Virus record (IMG/VR): IMGVR_UViG_3300045988_051111
Direction: 5' to 3' (one strand)
DNA: 41,009 nt
From: a virus
Below are positions 25,860 through 34,018 of the stretch, piece by piece. A model generated the notes under the pieces. That model was not told the DNA's origin. It was given only the letters and a program-made list of their open reading frames with translations, and made no database searches. The position numbers and the translations under genes were made by a program. How positions within the stretch are numbered: position 1 is the first letter of the stretch; every line of letters starts with the position of its first letter.

Positions 25860-26359
25860 TTCGCGTCCTCGCTTTGCTTGGTGGTTTCGGTTTCATGTTC
25901 ATCGAATGGGACTGCCAGCTTCACGTGGCTGTTCATGATCGCGATGCGAGCCGGATCTTTAAACCACGTAATGCCTTCGGCATAATGCACGTATCCGCAA
26001 GCAAGCCCATAAATCCCGTCACAGCGTTCCGCCCACCCGCTTTTCAGGTAGTATGTTTCGTTCGTATCAAGTTCCACGCGCAGACCCATGTCATGCGGGA
26101 GGAGTTCTGACACACTGCTCTTTTTCGTGTCCTCGCTTTGATTCGGCACCTCGGACGGCATGGAGCCGGAATAGCCAAGCAGGTGACGGCAGTAATTGAT
26201 TACATGCTCGTAAGCCGTCGTCATTCCGTCGTAAAAGTTGTACTTCAGCACTCCTTTGTCTGGATTATCAGAAGCGTTATTAGCTGCGTCCCACTCTTTT
26301 TCCAGAAAGTCGATGACTTCCTGCAGGGCCTTGTCTTTCTCGGTGACGTTCGTGGCCAT
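25856..26359 (-). CDS. Hypothetical protein, 167 aa (N-terminal module paralogous to 23352..23585 fused to an extra domain)
   Basis: GAAAAGGAA RBS. The internal relic of the junction sequence at 26122-26145 lacks ATGA. Confidence 0.55.
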   Translation of the reverse strand: MATNVTEKDKALQEVIDFLEKEWDAANNASDNPDKGVLKYNFYDGMTTAYEHVINYCRHLLGYSGSMPSEVPNQSEDTKKSSVSELLPHDMGLRVELDTNETYYLKSGWAERCDGIYGLACGYVHYAEGITWFKDPARIAIMNSHVKLAVPFDEHETETTKQSEDAK

Positions 26360-26361
26360 GG

Positions 26362-26754
26362 CTAGTGTTCCTTTTCTTCGATTCTTATGGTGATGTGGTA
26401 GACGCCCTTCTGCGTGCTGGGCTGGCCGAGCCGGTAGTCGGGGCCTGTCACGTATATGGCGTTGTCGTCGGGCCAGTAGCCTGACTGGGTGATGCCGTCG
26501 AGTATCGCCTTGACCATGGGGGCCGCGTTCTCGGGGTCGAACCGTCCGTGTGTCAATGGGTGGATGATGGCTGTCACGTGCACCGGCCAGTATGTCGGGC
26601 GCGTGAGTCTGCCGGCGTTGATGAGACTGCGGAAGGTGATGTGGGCGGCGTCCTTGACCCGCTTCTTCTTGGCGTATGGCACCGCCCAGCTGCGGCTTCG
26701 AAGGTTCTGCGTCCACCACAGTTGCCTGCTGATCGCGATGTCAATCTCGCTCAT
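26362..26754 (-). CDS. rusA: RusA-like Holliday junction resolvase, 130 aa
   Basis: DPENAAPMVKAILDGITQSGYWPDDNAI matches the RusA core pattern. GAGGAGG RBS. Confidence 0.75.
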   Translation of the reverse strand: MSEIDIAISRQLWWTQNLRSRSWAVPYAKKKRVKDAAHITFRSLINAGRLTRPTYWPVHVTAIIHPLTHGRFDPENAAPMVKAILDGITQSGYWPDDNAIYVTGPDYRLGQPSTQKGVYHITIRIEEKEH

Positions 26755-26884
26755 AATGGTCGGCCTCCTCTTCCTCGGCTTCGATCTCGCATTCGGGGCA
26801 TGGGATGGGGCGCGCCGGATACAACGCGCACCCATGCCTCGGACAGACCGGTTCCACGTCAGGTGGTTCGATCCATTCGCGCAT
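26741..26884 (-). CDS. Small zinc-ribbon-like acidic protein, 47 aa
   Basis: Sequence MREWIEPPDVEPVCPRHGC...CPEC. TGATG overlap with the SSB stop. Confidence 0.35.
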   Translation of the reverse strand: MREWIEPPDVEPVCPRHGCALYPARPIPCPECEIEAEEEEADHYERD

Positions 26885-27384
26885 CAGAATTCACCGTCCG
26901 CGTCCGCCCACGGGTCAGTCGCTGTCGCGCCACCACCGGCGGCGCGGTCGGCGGCCCACGGGTCGGTCGCTGGCGAGTCGGCCCGTTGTCCCGTGGGTTG
27001 GGGGCGCGTGGCCCGTTGGCTGTCGGCGCGCGTGACCTGCGCGGTCGCGTACCGCAGGGACGGGCCGATCTCGTCCACCTGCATCTCGATCACGATGCGG
27101 TTGGAGCCATCCTGAGCTTGATAGGAGTGTTGCCGCAACCGTCCCTGCGCGATCACGCGCATGCCCTTCGACAGGCTCTGCGCGCAATGCGCGGCGAGGT
27201 CACGCCAAGCGGCGCAGCGGAGGAACAACGCTGGACCGTCCTCCCACTGGCCGGACTGGCTGTTGTATTGGCGTGGCGTGCTGGCGATGGTGAAATTGCA
27301 GACCGTGCCACCATTCTGAGTCGTGCGGGTTTCCGGGTCGGCGGTCAGATTGCCGACGATCGTGATAACGGTCTCTCCGGCCAT
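26884..27384 (-). CDS. ssb: Single-stranded DNA-binding protein, 166 aa
   Basis: OB-fold N-terminus ITIVGNLTADPETRTTQNGGTVCNFTIAS. Gly/Pro-rich linker. Acidic tail DPWADADGEF. Confidence 0.9.
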   Translation of the reverse strand: MAGETVITIVGNLTADPETRTTQNGGTVCNFTIASTPRQYNSQSGQWEDGPALFLRCAAWRDLAAHCAQSLSKGMRVIAQGRLRQHSYQAQDGSNRIVIEMQVDEIGPSLRYATAQVTRADSQRATRPQPTGQRADSPATDPWAADRAAGGGATATDPWADADGEF

Positions 27385-27554
27385 CACTCACCATCCTTCA
27401 CGTCGAAGATGTGTATGAATTCACCTTTTGCCCTGCCGTAAGCGTCCCCACGCCCATCGTCGTAAGAGAAGTCCAGGCACAATTCCTTAGCTCTTTCAGC
27501 TTCGGCGCACTTACTGTCCAGCCATTGCAGGTACTTGCGAATCTTCTCGTCCAT
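27384..27554 (-). CDS. Hypothetical protein, 56 aa
   Basis: TGATG overlaps at both ends. Below the ORF-track cutoff. Confidence 0.4.
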   Translation of the reverse strand: MDEKIRKYLQWLDSKCAEAERAKELCLDFSYDDGRGDAYGRAKGEFIHIFDVKDGE

Positions 27555-28399
27555 CACTCACCGTCCTTTGCTTCCGTCTCAGGCTCGGCGCCGGTGTCCG
27601 ACATGTCCGGCTCCAGGACTTCGGCGGTCACGTCGTCGGCTTCATCGGTGCCGTCATCCTCAAGCACCGGCTGGAACACATCGCCGTAATCGGGCGTGGT
27701 GTCGTCATTGGCGGCGGCGGTCTGCGCCTGCACGGTCAAAGGCAGGTACGGTGCCGCGCGACGGATGGCGGTCTTCTTCGCCATGGCCTCGTAATCGGTC
27801 TTCCACGGGCCGAAATTACCGCTCTTGCTGCGCGCCCTCGCCTGCTCGATCTCCTGACGGTTCAGAACGAGGAAGTAGTGGCCACCGTCCTTGAAATGCG
27901 CGACCATGTACACGTGGGTCAGTTCGCCGGGGTTGGCGCATGGCACGTGGCGCAAATCCTCGTTGAGACCATAACTGTAGGAGAATTCGTCTCCCTGGTG
28001 TACGGCTCGGGCGCTGATGTCCACGAGCTGGCCGCTGCGGCGCGCCAGGTCGATCATGCCGCGATAGCCCATGATGAACGTGGCCTCCATGCCTCCGGTC
28101 TTCTTGTTGCGGAAGGGCAGCACGTAGGCGCGGCCCAGTCCGTCCACGTTGGACGGTTCCAATCCGAGCGCGCTGCAGGTCATGAAGCAGGAGAGCACGC
28201 TTTGCGGCGAGCATTCCGCGAGTTTTGGCGTTTTGTTGATCGCGGACACGCACATCTGGTAGAGGCGGTCGGGGCTGATGTTGTTGCCGACGACGCTGGC
28301 GATGCGCGGCCAGCTTTTCTTCATCATCATTTTCAGATTTTGTTTCGGCGTCATTTCGACCATCTGCTGTCCCTGCGCCTGCTGTGCGATTGCTCCCAT
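27554..28399 (-). CDS. recT: RecT-family single-strand annealing recombinase, 281 aa
   Basis: RecT-like core (...CSALGLEPS...AYVLPF...GYRGMIDLARRSG...). Paired with a YqaJ exonuclease. AAGGAG RBS. Confidence 0.85.
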   Translation of the reverse strand: MGAIAQQAQGQQMVEMTPKQNLKMMMKKSWPRIASVVGNNISPDRLYQMCVSAINKTPKLAECSPQSVLSCFMTCSALGLEPSNVDGLGRAYVLPFRNKKTGGMEATFIMGYRGMIDLARRSGQLVDISARAVHQGDEFSYSYGLNEDLRHVPCANPGELTHVYMVAHFKDGGHYFLVLNRQEIEQARARSKSGNFGPWKTDYEAMAKKTAIRRAAPYLPLTVQAQTAAANDDTTPDYGDVFQPVLEDDGTDEADDVTAEVLEPDMSDTGAEPETEAKDGE

Positions 28400-28401
28400 G
28401 A

Positions 28402-29364
28402 TTATTGCTCCTTTTCTTCGGTGGATTTGAATGCGAATTTGCGGTATGTGGTGGCTTTGACGACGTATTCCTTGCGGGTCGTCGGCTTGTAGGTGGCTTG
28501 GAGGTTGCCGCAACGCACGCCCGTATGCGAGCCGATGCGCACGATGATCTGCTCCTGCAATGCCTTCTGCTCGTTTTTCAGTTCCTTCGCGCGGTTGGAC
28601 GTGCTCTCGTATCTTGCGAGCAGGTCGTAGAGGTCATCGTCGTCGCTTTCGTCCACGATGTCCGGAGCGGGTTCCGGGAACGCCTTCTGCACGTCGCCGC
28701 CGGTCAATTGCGGTGGCGTGCCGGTGGTGACGAAACGCCAGAAGTCGGCTGCGGCCTTGTCGATCGCGCCCATATCCTCCACGTCGGCCTTGAACGGAAT
28801 CTCTACCGGCTCGTCGTCTCCGATGGCCGCGTACACGACTCCCCACGTCCATCCCGTTACAAGCGCGTAGAACTCGACTTGGGCGAGATAATAAGGTGGG
28901 ATTCGGAGGCTGCCGTCCTCGTCATGCCAGTCCCCCGCTCGACGGTTGCTCGCCGTTTTGATTTCAAGGATTCCAAAACTTCCGTCCTCACCTTGCAGGA
29001 TGCCGTCAAGGGAAGCGCGCAGGTATGGCTTCCCGCGCATGATGAACTGCTTGTCGGTGCCGTCCGTGACGAGCATTTCCGGATGATTGGCGCGGAAACG
29101 CTTCCTGAGCTCGTTCTCCAAGGCATTGCCCTTGACGATCGCCCACTTGTCCGAGATGTCCTCCGGTTCCACGCGGCCGGTCTTCTCAAGCCACAATTCG
29201 TACGGTGTCTTGAAGGAATTCAGGCCGAGGATCGTGCTCATGTCGGAACCGCCCACACCCGCCTTACGGCTTTTCAACCACGCGAGATGACGTTCCGTCT
29301 TCTTGCACTGCCGGAACCGTTCAATCGTGTAGCGTTCCGTGTCCTTGAGTGGGATACGTTTCAT
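28402..29364 (-). CDS. YqaJ-like (lambda Exo-type, PD-(D/E)XK) recombination exonuclease, 320 aa
   Basis: GGSDMSTILGLNSFKTPYELWLEKTG and ...LEIKT... motifs are typical of YqaJ. Confidence 0.85.
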   Translation of the reverse strand: MKRIPLKDTERYTIERFRQCKKTERHLAWLKSRKAGVGGSDMSTILGLNSFKTPYELWLEKTGRVEPEDISDKWAIVKGNALENELRKRFRANHPEMLVTDGTDKQFIMRGKPYLRASLDGILQGEDGSFGILEIKTASNRRAGDWHDEDGSLRIPPYYLAQVEFYALVTGWTWGVVYAAIGDDEPVEIPFKADVEDMGAIDKAAADFWRFVTTGTPPQLTGGDVQKAFPEPAPDIVDESDDDDLYDLLARYESTSNRAKELKNEQKALQEQIIVRIGSHTGVRCGNLQATYKPTTRKEYVVKATTYRKFAFKSTEEKEQ

Positions 29365-29519
29365 TCCTTCGTCGCCTTCATTTCTTGGACTTCAGCGTCG
29401 AAAAAATCGATGATGAGATTGCAGATGGCGGGTGCCGACGTTTTGAGTTGGGCTTTTTCCTCTTCGCTTTCGGCTTTGATGGCGAAAACGCCATCCTTGC
29501 TATTGAAATTGAGTCTCAT
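29361..29519 (-). CDS. Hypothetical protein, 52 aa
   Basis: ATGA overlaps at both ends. Confidence 0.4.
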   Translation of the reverse strand: MRLNFNSKDGVFAIKAESEEEKAQLKTSAPAICNLIIDFFDAEVQEMKATKE

Positions 29520-30163
29520 TTCGCCACGTCCTTCGAGTAGTTGGCTTTCAGGTCCATGAGTTCGCCGTTGAGGAGTTTCGTGGCGAATCCGTAGACGACC
29601 TTGTCGTTGGCTTGGAATGCGGTTCGTTGCAATGCGCTTACTGCGTCGAAAATGCCGGTCAATGCGTTGGAGATGATGGCGCGTGGATCGGCTGTGGCTT
29701 GTGGCCTGACGCTGATGGTTCCGGTGGTGATGCCGGTCGGTGTGAGTTTCTCTGCGGTGATGCTGGTCGCTGTGAGTTTCTGTGTGGTGGTCATGGTTTC
29801 TTTCTTCTTTCCGGTTGTGGTGGTTTCCCGTGCTTTGCTGCGTGGTGAATGCTTGTCGAAGGCCGGCAATAGTCCTTCCTTGCGGAGTTGGCCGAGAATG
29901 TTGCCGACCGTTTTCTGGCTTAGGTTGAGCGCTTCGGCGGTTTCCTTGCCGTCGAACGGTTGGCCTTGGTCAATGCGTTTCTTGCAGTGCGCGAGGATGA
30001 GGTCTCGTTTCGACGGCGCTTCCGGTTTCGCCGGAAGGCCATTCGTGAGTAGTCCGGACTTGCGTAACGCCCGCATTTCCGTGATGTCGAGACCGGCCTC
30101 GCCCAACTCGTCGTAGATTTTCTTCAGTTCGGCGAGTTCGCCGTCCGTGTATTCGTGTTTCAA
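29516..30163 (-). CDS. Hypothetical wHTH-containing protein, 215 aa (TTG start)
   Basis: ETAEALNLSQKTVGNILGQLRKEGLL is HTH-like. Internal short repeat KLTATSITAEKLTPTGITTG. Confidence 0.5.
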   Translation of the reverse strand: MKHEYTDGELAELKKIYDELGEAGLDITEMRALRKSGLLTNGLPAKPEAPSKRDLILAHCKKRIDQGQPFDGKETAEALNLSQKTVGNILGQLRKEGLLPAFDKHSPRSKARETTTTGKKKETMTTTQKLTATSITAEKLTPTGITTGTISVRPQATADPRAIISNALTGIFDAVSALQRTAFQANDKVVYGFATKLLNGELMDLKANYSKDVAK

Positions 30164-30338
30164 CGTGTTCCTTTTCTTAAGTTTTCGATGAGCGCGTGGT
30201 TTTCGCGGATGAACCCGTCCACGTCGATTCCCTGCTGCGTGAGGGTCGGCTTGCCGGTGTCGACGCGTGCTTTCCCGTCGTTTTGACGTCTGGACTGCTT
30301 TTAATCCGTGTCACCGGAACGAACACTCCGTTTTTCAT
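30160..30338 (-). CDS. Small early protein apparently requiring a -1 shift at G GGA AAG (about 59 aa)
   Basis: ATGA-coupled start at 30338. The zero frame after 30270 is S/T/R-rich and ends at 30177. The -1 frame (ARVDTGKPTLTQQGIDVDGFIRENHALIENLRKGTR) ends in a TTGA overlap with the next gene. Confidence 0.4.
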
Positions 30339-30556
30339 CTCGCCACCGTCCTCTGGTACTTGTGTGCCAAAGCCCACTTTTCCGCGATTTGACGCTGGTA
30401 GCGGACCTTACGCCTGTCCTGATGGCCTTCCGGCGGTTCCACGCCGATTTTCAAGTACGGCGGGCCCTTGCCGGTACTCCGCCAGTTGGCGAGGGTGCGT
30501 GGGCTCATGCCGAGCATGGCGGCAAGGTCGGCTGGCGTGAGCAGATCGTCACTCAT
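30335..30556 (-). CDS. HTH_17/excisionase-family DNA-binding protein, 73 aa
   Basis: LLTPADLAAMLGMSPRTLANWRSTGKGPPYLKIG is a MerR/Xis-type HTH. Confidence 0.7.
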   Translation of the reverse strand: MSDDLLTPADLAAMLGMSPRTLANWRSTGKGPPYLKIGVEPPEGHQDRRKVRYQRQIAEKWALAHKYQRTVAR

Positions 30557-31328
30557 GGTCGGCGCGTGGGCAGTAGCGGCTGATGAAGTACGTCTGGCCT
30601 TTGCCGGTGACCTTCGCGGTGCGGTTGATGGTCACGTGACCGTCCGAATGGGTGATGGCGGTTTCCTTGATTCGGAACAGTCCCAAGTCCATGGCCTTCT
30701 GTGTTGGCACGTTGCGGTTCGAGCCGGTCTTGCCGAGATACCCGTCCTGTCGAAGAATCTCGAAAAGTCGGTTCTGGCCGATGTCCAAACCGTTCTGACG
30801 CAGCATCTTCGCCAGTTCCCCGATCAGGCACGTGCCGTCCGACGCGGCCACGGCGTCCGCGAACCGTGCCTTGGGTTCCAGTTCTTTGATGTGTGATTCC
30901 TGCGCGGCGATGCGTCGCTTCTGTTCCTCCATGGTGCGTTGGCCGATCATCACGGCCTTCGCGAGGATGGTCATGTCATCATCCGCGTCTGTGGTTGGAA
31001 TGTAGCCGCCGGTCTTGCGAATCTGGGGCAGTACCTCATGCGTCACCCAACGCTTAAACTCCTTGGCTTCCGGCTTCCGCGACTTCATCACAAGACAGTA
31101 AAGGCCAGGCTCGCTGATGATCGTCTTATTCGGATTACCAGCAATACCGTCACTAATAGTTACGGTATTCTTTTCGTCCGAATCAAGTTCCGCAGTTGCC
31201 TTGCGGCTATTCTCAAGACCGAGCACGTCGCATACGTCCTTGGCGATGAACCATGGTTCGCCATTCTCGTCGGTCAGCGCGCGCAGTGCCGCGCCTTTGA
31301 AATCGAATCGCTGGATTTCAGTGTTCAT
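30549..31328 (-). CDS. Antirepressor (BRO-N + KilAC/ANT C-terminal domains), 259 aa
   Basis: The N-terminal sequence FDFKGAALRALTDENGEPWFIAKDVCDVLGL is BRO-N-like. The C-terminus is KilAC-like. ATGA overlap with the MTase stop. Confidence 0.8.
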   Translation of the reverse strand: MNTEIQRFDFKGAALRALTDENGEPWFIAKDVCDVLGLENSRKATAELDSDEKNTVTISDGIAGNPNKTIISEPGLYCLVMKSRKPEAKEFKRWVTHEVLPQIRKTGGYIPTTDADDDMTILAKAVMIGQRTMEEQKRRIAAQESHIKELEPKARFADAVAASDGTCLIGELAKMLRQNGLDIGQNRLFEILRQDGYLGKTGSNRNVPTQKAMDLGLFRIKETAITHSDGHVTINRTAKVTGKGQTYFISRYCPRADHE

Positions 31329-32411
31329 CGGGTTTCCTTCTTGAAAAGTTCCTTGTTGTCTTCGACGAGTTGAATTCCTTCGCCGATCCATCTCATGACC
31401 GGAACGGCCATTGAATTCCCCAACGCCTTGTAGCGTGGACTGTCCGGCGAATGCTTTTTGCCTTTCCACGAGATATCCGTCCACCCGTCCGGGAATCCCT
31501 GGAGCCGTTCGCATTCCAGTGGAGTTAACCTGCGAACCGTCATGCGTTCATCGTTTGTCGGAAAGACGATTGGCGTATCTTTGGCGGCATGGGCCGTCAA
31601 TGTTGATGACATGTCCACCTCTCTGGCGCTGTTCGCCTGCGTCCCGTCATAGCAGTAGATGGCTGGATTATGTTCGGTGCTGAGAGTGGGACTCACTTCA
31701 CTAATCGCCAAGCTTCGGCTTTCCACACCTTGATTCCATTTGAACGCTTTTATCACCGGCGTACTGCATCCGTCGTTTGCATCTGCGTTTTCAGCAACTC
31801 CAGCAATTCCGCCGGCAATGCTTTTCCTCTTTTCTCGGCTCGACGGATGATCCCAGCACAGGCTTTCGCGCTCAAAAAGAACCGGGGCGGCACGTCGCCA
31901 GTCTCTAGTGTTGACGACAAGGAACACACGCTCGCGTCGTTGGGCCACACCGAAGAACTGAGCGTCCAGCACTCTCCATGCCGCCCCCCCCATCAGGCCA
32001 GAGTTCGGCCACGGCTTCAAGGAGCGACTGGAAAGCCCGTCCGTGTTCAGCCGACAGTGCTCCGGGCACGTTCTCCCAGACGATCCATTCCGGATCAATC
32101 TCTGCGCAAGCTCGGAAATATTCGAGCATGAGCTGGCCGCGTGGATCGTCCAAAGCCTTCCTGAGTCCGGCGATCGAGAAGGCTTGGCAGGGGCTTCCTC
32201 CCACAACGACATCTGCTGCATGGTGGTATTCCTTCCAGTTGACTTTGGTCATGTCTCTCAGGTCGGGGACGTTTGGGTAATGGTGTTTGAGCACGGCTTT
32301 TGGGAATGGTTCGACCTCCGCGTATGCGATTGGCTCCCATCCGAGTGGCTGCCAGGCGACCGATGCCGCTTCGATGCCACTGAACAGGCTGATGTAACGT
32401 ATCGTGCTCAT
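31325..32411 (-). CDS. DNA cytosine-5 methyltransferase, interrupted by G8 (G7 gives 361 aa)
   Basis: Upstream frame: FSGIEAA (motif I), GGSPCQAFS (IV), ENVPG (VI). Downstream frame: AAWRVLDAQFFGVAQRRERVF (VIII), RRLTPLECERLQGFPDGWT, GNSMAVPV (X). Confidence 0.85.
31984..31991 (-). repeat. Homopolymer G8 inside the C5 MTase
   Basis: Counted directly: seven c at 31984-31990 plus c at 31991. Confidence 0.95.
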
Positions 32412-32619
32412 TGGCTTTTCCTTTGCTTGTTGACGTTGTGCGCCCGTCCTGACGAGTGGATGGGGCTGAGTGTCTGGCATCGGAGTCGGACCGATGCCGT
32501 CCTTGGAATCCGTGGACGGGCGAACCGTCGCCCAGCCAATGCGCCGACTAGTGAACGCGGATGTCCGCGAAACGTCCCTAACTGGTTTGTTTTGTTGGAC
32601 TGCCGGCTGGCGTGGAGTC

Positions 32620-32829
32620 TTAGTCGCGTGGGGCGAACCGTATGGTCAGCCACAGGCCGGTCAGCAGGTAGATGATGCCGGCGAGGATGGTGGCGGTCTG
32701 CGAGTCCGCCGTCCGCCACGTGACCAGCAGGGTCGCCGACACGGTGAAGGCGATGATGGCGATCAGGGTCTTGATGCGGCGGAGCGTGTAGTTCGGTTTC
32801 GTGTTGCTAAAATCAGATTCTTCGGTCAT
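32620..32829 (-). CDS. Two-TM membrane protein, 69 aa
   Basis: ATGA overlap with the upstream MTase. Two hydrophobic spans. Confidence 0.5.
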   Translation of the reverse strand: MTEESDFSNTKPNYTLRRIKTLIAIIAFTVSATLLVTWRTADSQTATILAGIIYLLTGLWLTIRFAPRD

Positions 32830-33308
32830 TGCGTCTCCTTCATGAAAACAATCCAATGTGTTCCGGTGCGGTTCGGCTGTTTGTTGCCGAAAAGCGGCTT
32901 GCACGTGGCGAGCTTGAGAATCTGAGAGACGGGTATCTGGGTCTCATTCCATTTGAAGATCAACACGCCATGCTCTTTCAGGACGCGGAAACACTCGCCG
33001 AACATGGTCTTGATGTCTGTTTGCCATGTCTCTTGATCGAGGCATCCGTATTTCTGCGCCATGTAGCTCTTCTCTCCCGCATTGCGCAAGTGCGGTGGGT
33101 CGAGCACGACCATGCGGAACGTCTCGTCAGGGAACTGCAGATCGCGGTAGTCCATCAGCATGTCCGGCTTGACATCGAATCTGCGTCCGTCACATAGTTC
33201 CCAACTTTCGTCGCGCACGTCACCGAAGAGCACACGGCTGTCTGACTTGTCGAACCAGAACATTCGCCCGCCGCAAGCAGGGTCAAGAACTGGCTGATAT
33301 GCGTTCAT
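32826..33308 (-). CDS. Small SAM-dependent (DNA) methyltransferase with DPPH motif, 160 aa
   Basis: LDPACGG (SAM-binding-like) and VVLDPPHL (motif IV-like). GGAGG lies 7 nt upstream of the ATG at 33308. Confidence 0.55.
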   Translation of the reverse strand: MNAYQPVLDPACGGRMFWFDKSDSRVLFGDVRDESWELCDGRRFDVKPDMLMDYRDLQFPDETFRMVVLDPPHLRNAGEKSYMAQKYGCLDQETWQTDIKTMFGECFRVLKEHGVLIFKWNETQIPVSQILKLATCKPLFGNKQPNRTGTHWIVFMKETQ

Positions 33309-33328
33309 TTGTCTGCCTCCAGTTCCTT

Positions 33329-33532
33329 TCATCTGGTGGCTCCTATGGCGTCTTGGAGGTGGTATGCGAAGGTTTCCGACTGCGATGGTTTGAGTGTGGC
33401 GAGCGTGGTGTGGCCGGTGGCGTTGAGTTGTATGAGTTCGGTTCCTCCGTCCGGTGTGAGTCGCAGGGCGTATGGGGTGTCGCCGTAGGGGATGATGATC
33501 GGTGGTCTGGGTGGGTTCGGTGTCGTGTTCAT
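33329..33532 (-). CDS. Hypothetical protein, 67 aa
   Basis: ORF in early-operon orientation. Weak RBS. Confidence 0.4.
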   Translation of the reverse strand: MNTTPNPPRPPIIIPYGDTPYALRLTPDGGTELIQLNATGHTTLATLKPSQSETFAYHLQDAIGATR

Positions 33533-33628
33533 TGGTTGTTTTCCGTGTTTGTTGGCGTGTATGGCGACGAGGAGGAGAACCGGGCCATGTTGTTCGCGGT
33601 GATGAGGCCGGTTTCGTCCGTTTTGGTG

Positions 33629-33877
33629 TCAGACGTGGAATTTGGTGATGCTGTCGATCGGCTGGATGAGGAGCATTAGGAGTTGCGTTGAGTCCATATC
33701 GAGCACCGGAGCGGCTTCTTCGATTTCCTTGATTGTCAGCGGAATGCTGCCGTCAAGCCGCTTATCGACGGTGTTGAGCGCGCAACCCCACGCCTTCGCC
33801 AAGTCTCCGCGCGTCTTGCGGTGTCTGACCAGCTCCGCTTTGAGGTTCCTGCTTGACGTGTCTATCAGACCGGCCAT
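33629..33877 (-). CDS. Cro/early HTH regulator-like protein, 82 aa
   Basis: HTH sequence RGDLAKAWGCALNTVDKRL. Second gene of the operon divergent from the repressor. Confidence 0.6.
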   Translation of the reverse strand: MAGLIDTSSRNLKAELVRHRKTRGDLAKAWGCALNTVDKRLDGSIPLTIKEIEEAAPVLDMDSTQLLMLLIQPIDSITKFHV

Positions 33878-33993
33878 TCATCCTCCTCGATGCCTTGGTG
33901 GGTGAGACAGGCGCGCCAGTCGTGCCAGCCGGGGTCGCGCATGCGGCCGCACGGGTAGTGGTCGTGGGTCTTGGTCTTCTTGGTACTCAACAT
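33865..33993 (-). CDS. Small Cys/His-containing protein, 42 aa (first early gene)
   Basis: AAAGGA RBS. Sequence MLSTKKTKTHDHYPCGRMRDPGWHDWRACLTH... Overlaps the next ATG. Confidence 0.35.
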   Translation of the reverse strand: MLSTKKTKTHDHYPCGRMRDPGWHDWRACLTHQGIEEDEWPV

Positions 33994-34018
33994 CTCGGTT
34001 TTCCTTTCGACACTTCAA

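Noticed and set aside
32481-32619. Cluster of small hairpins between the TM-protein gene and the C5 MTase (for example ggcatcgg...ccgatgcc at 32465-32487)
   Set aside because: The stems are short (5-8 bp), have no U-tracts and are of a kind expected by chance in GC-rich DNA. There is not enough support to call a terminator or ncRNA.
33533-33628. 19-aa ORF (MARFSSSSPYTPTNTENNQ) in the gap between early genes
   Set aside because: It is too short and low complexity and has no RBS. The gap is noted only because it contains one copy of the 24-nt repeat.
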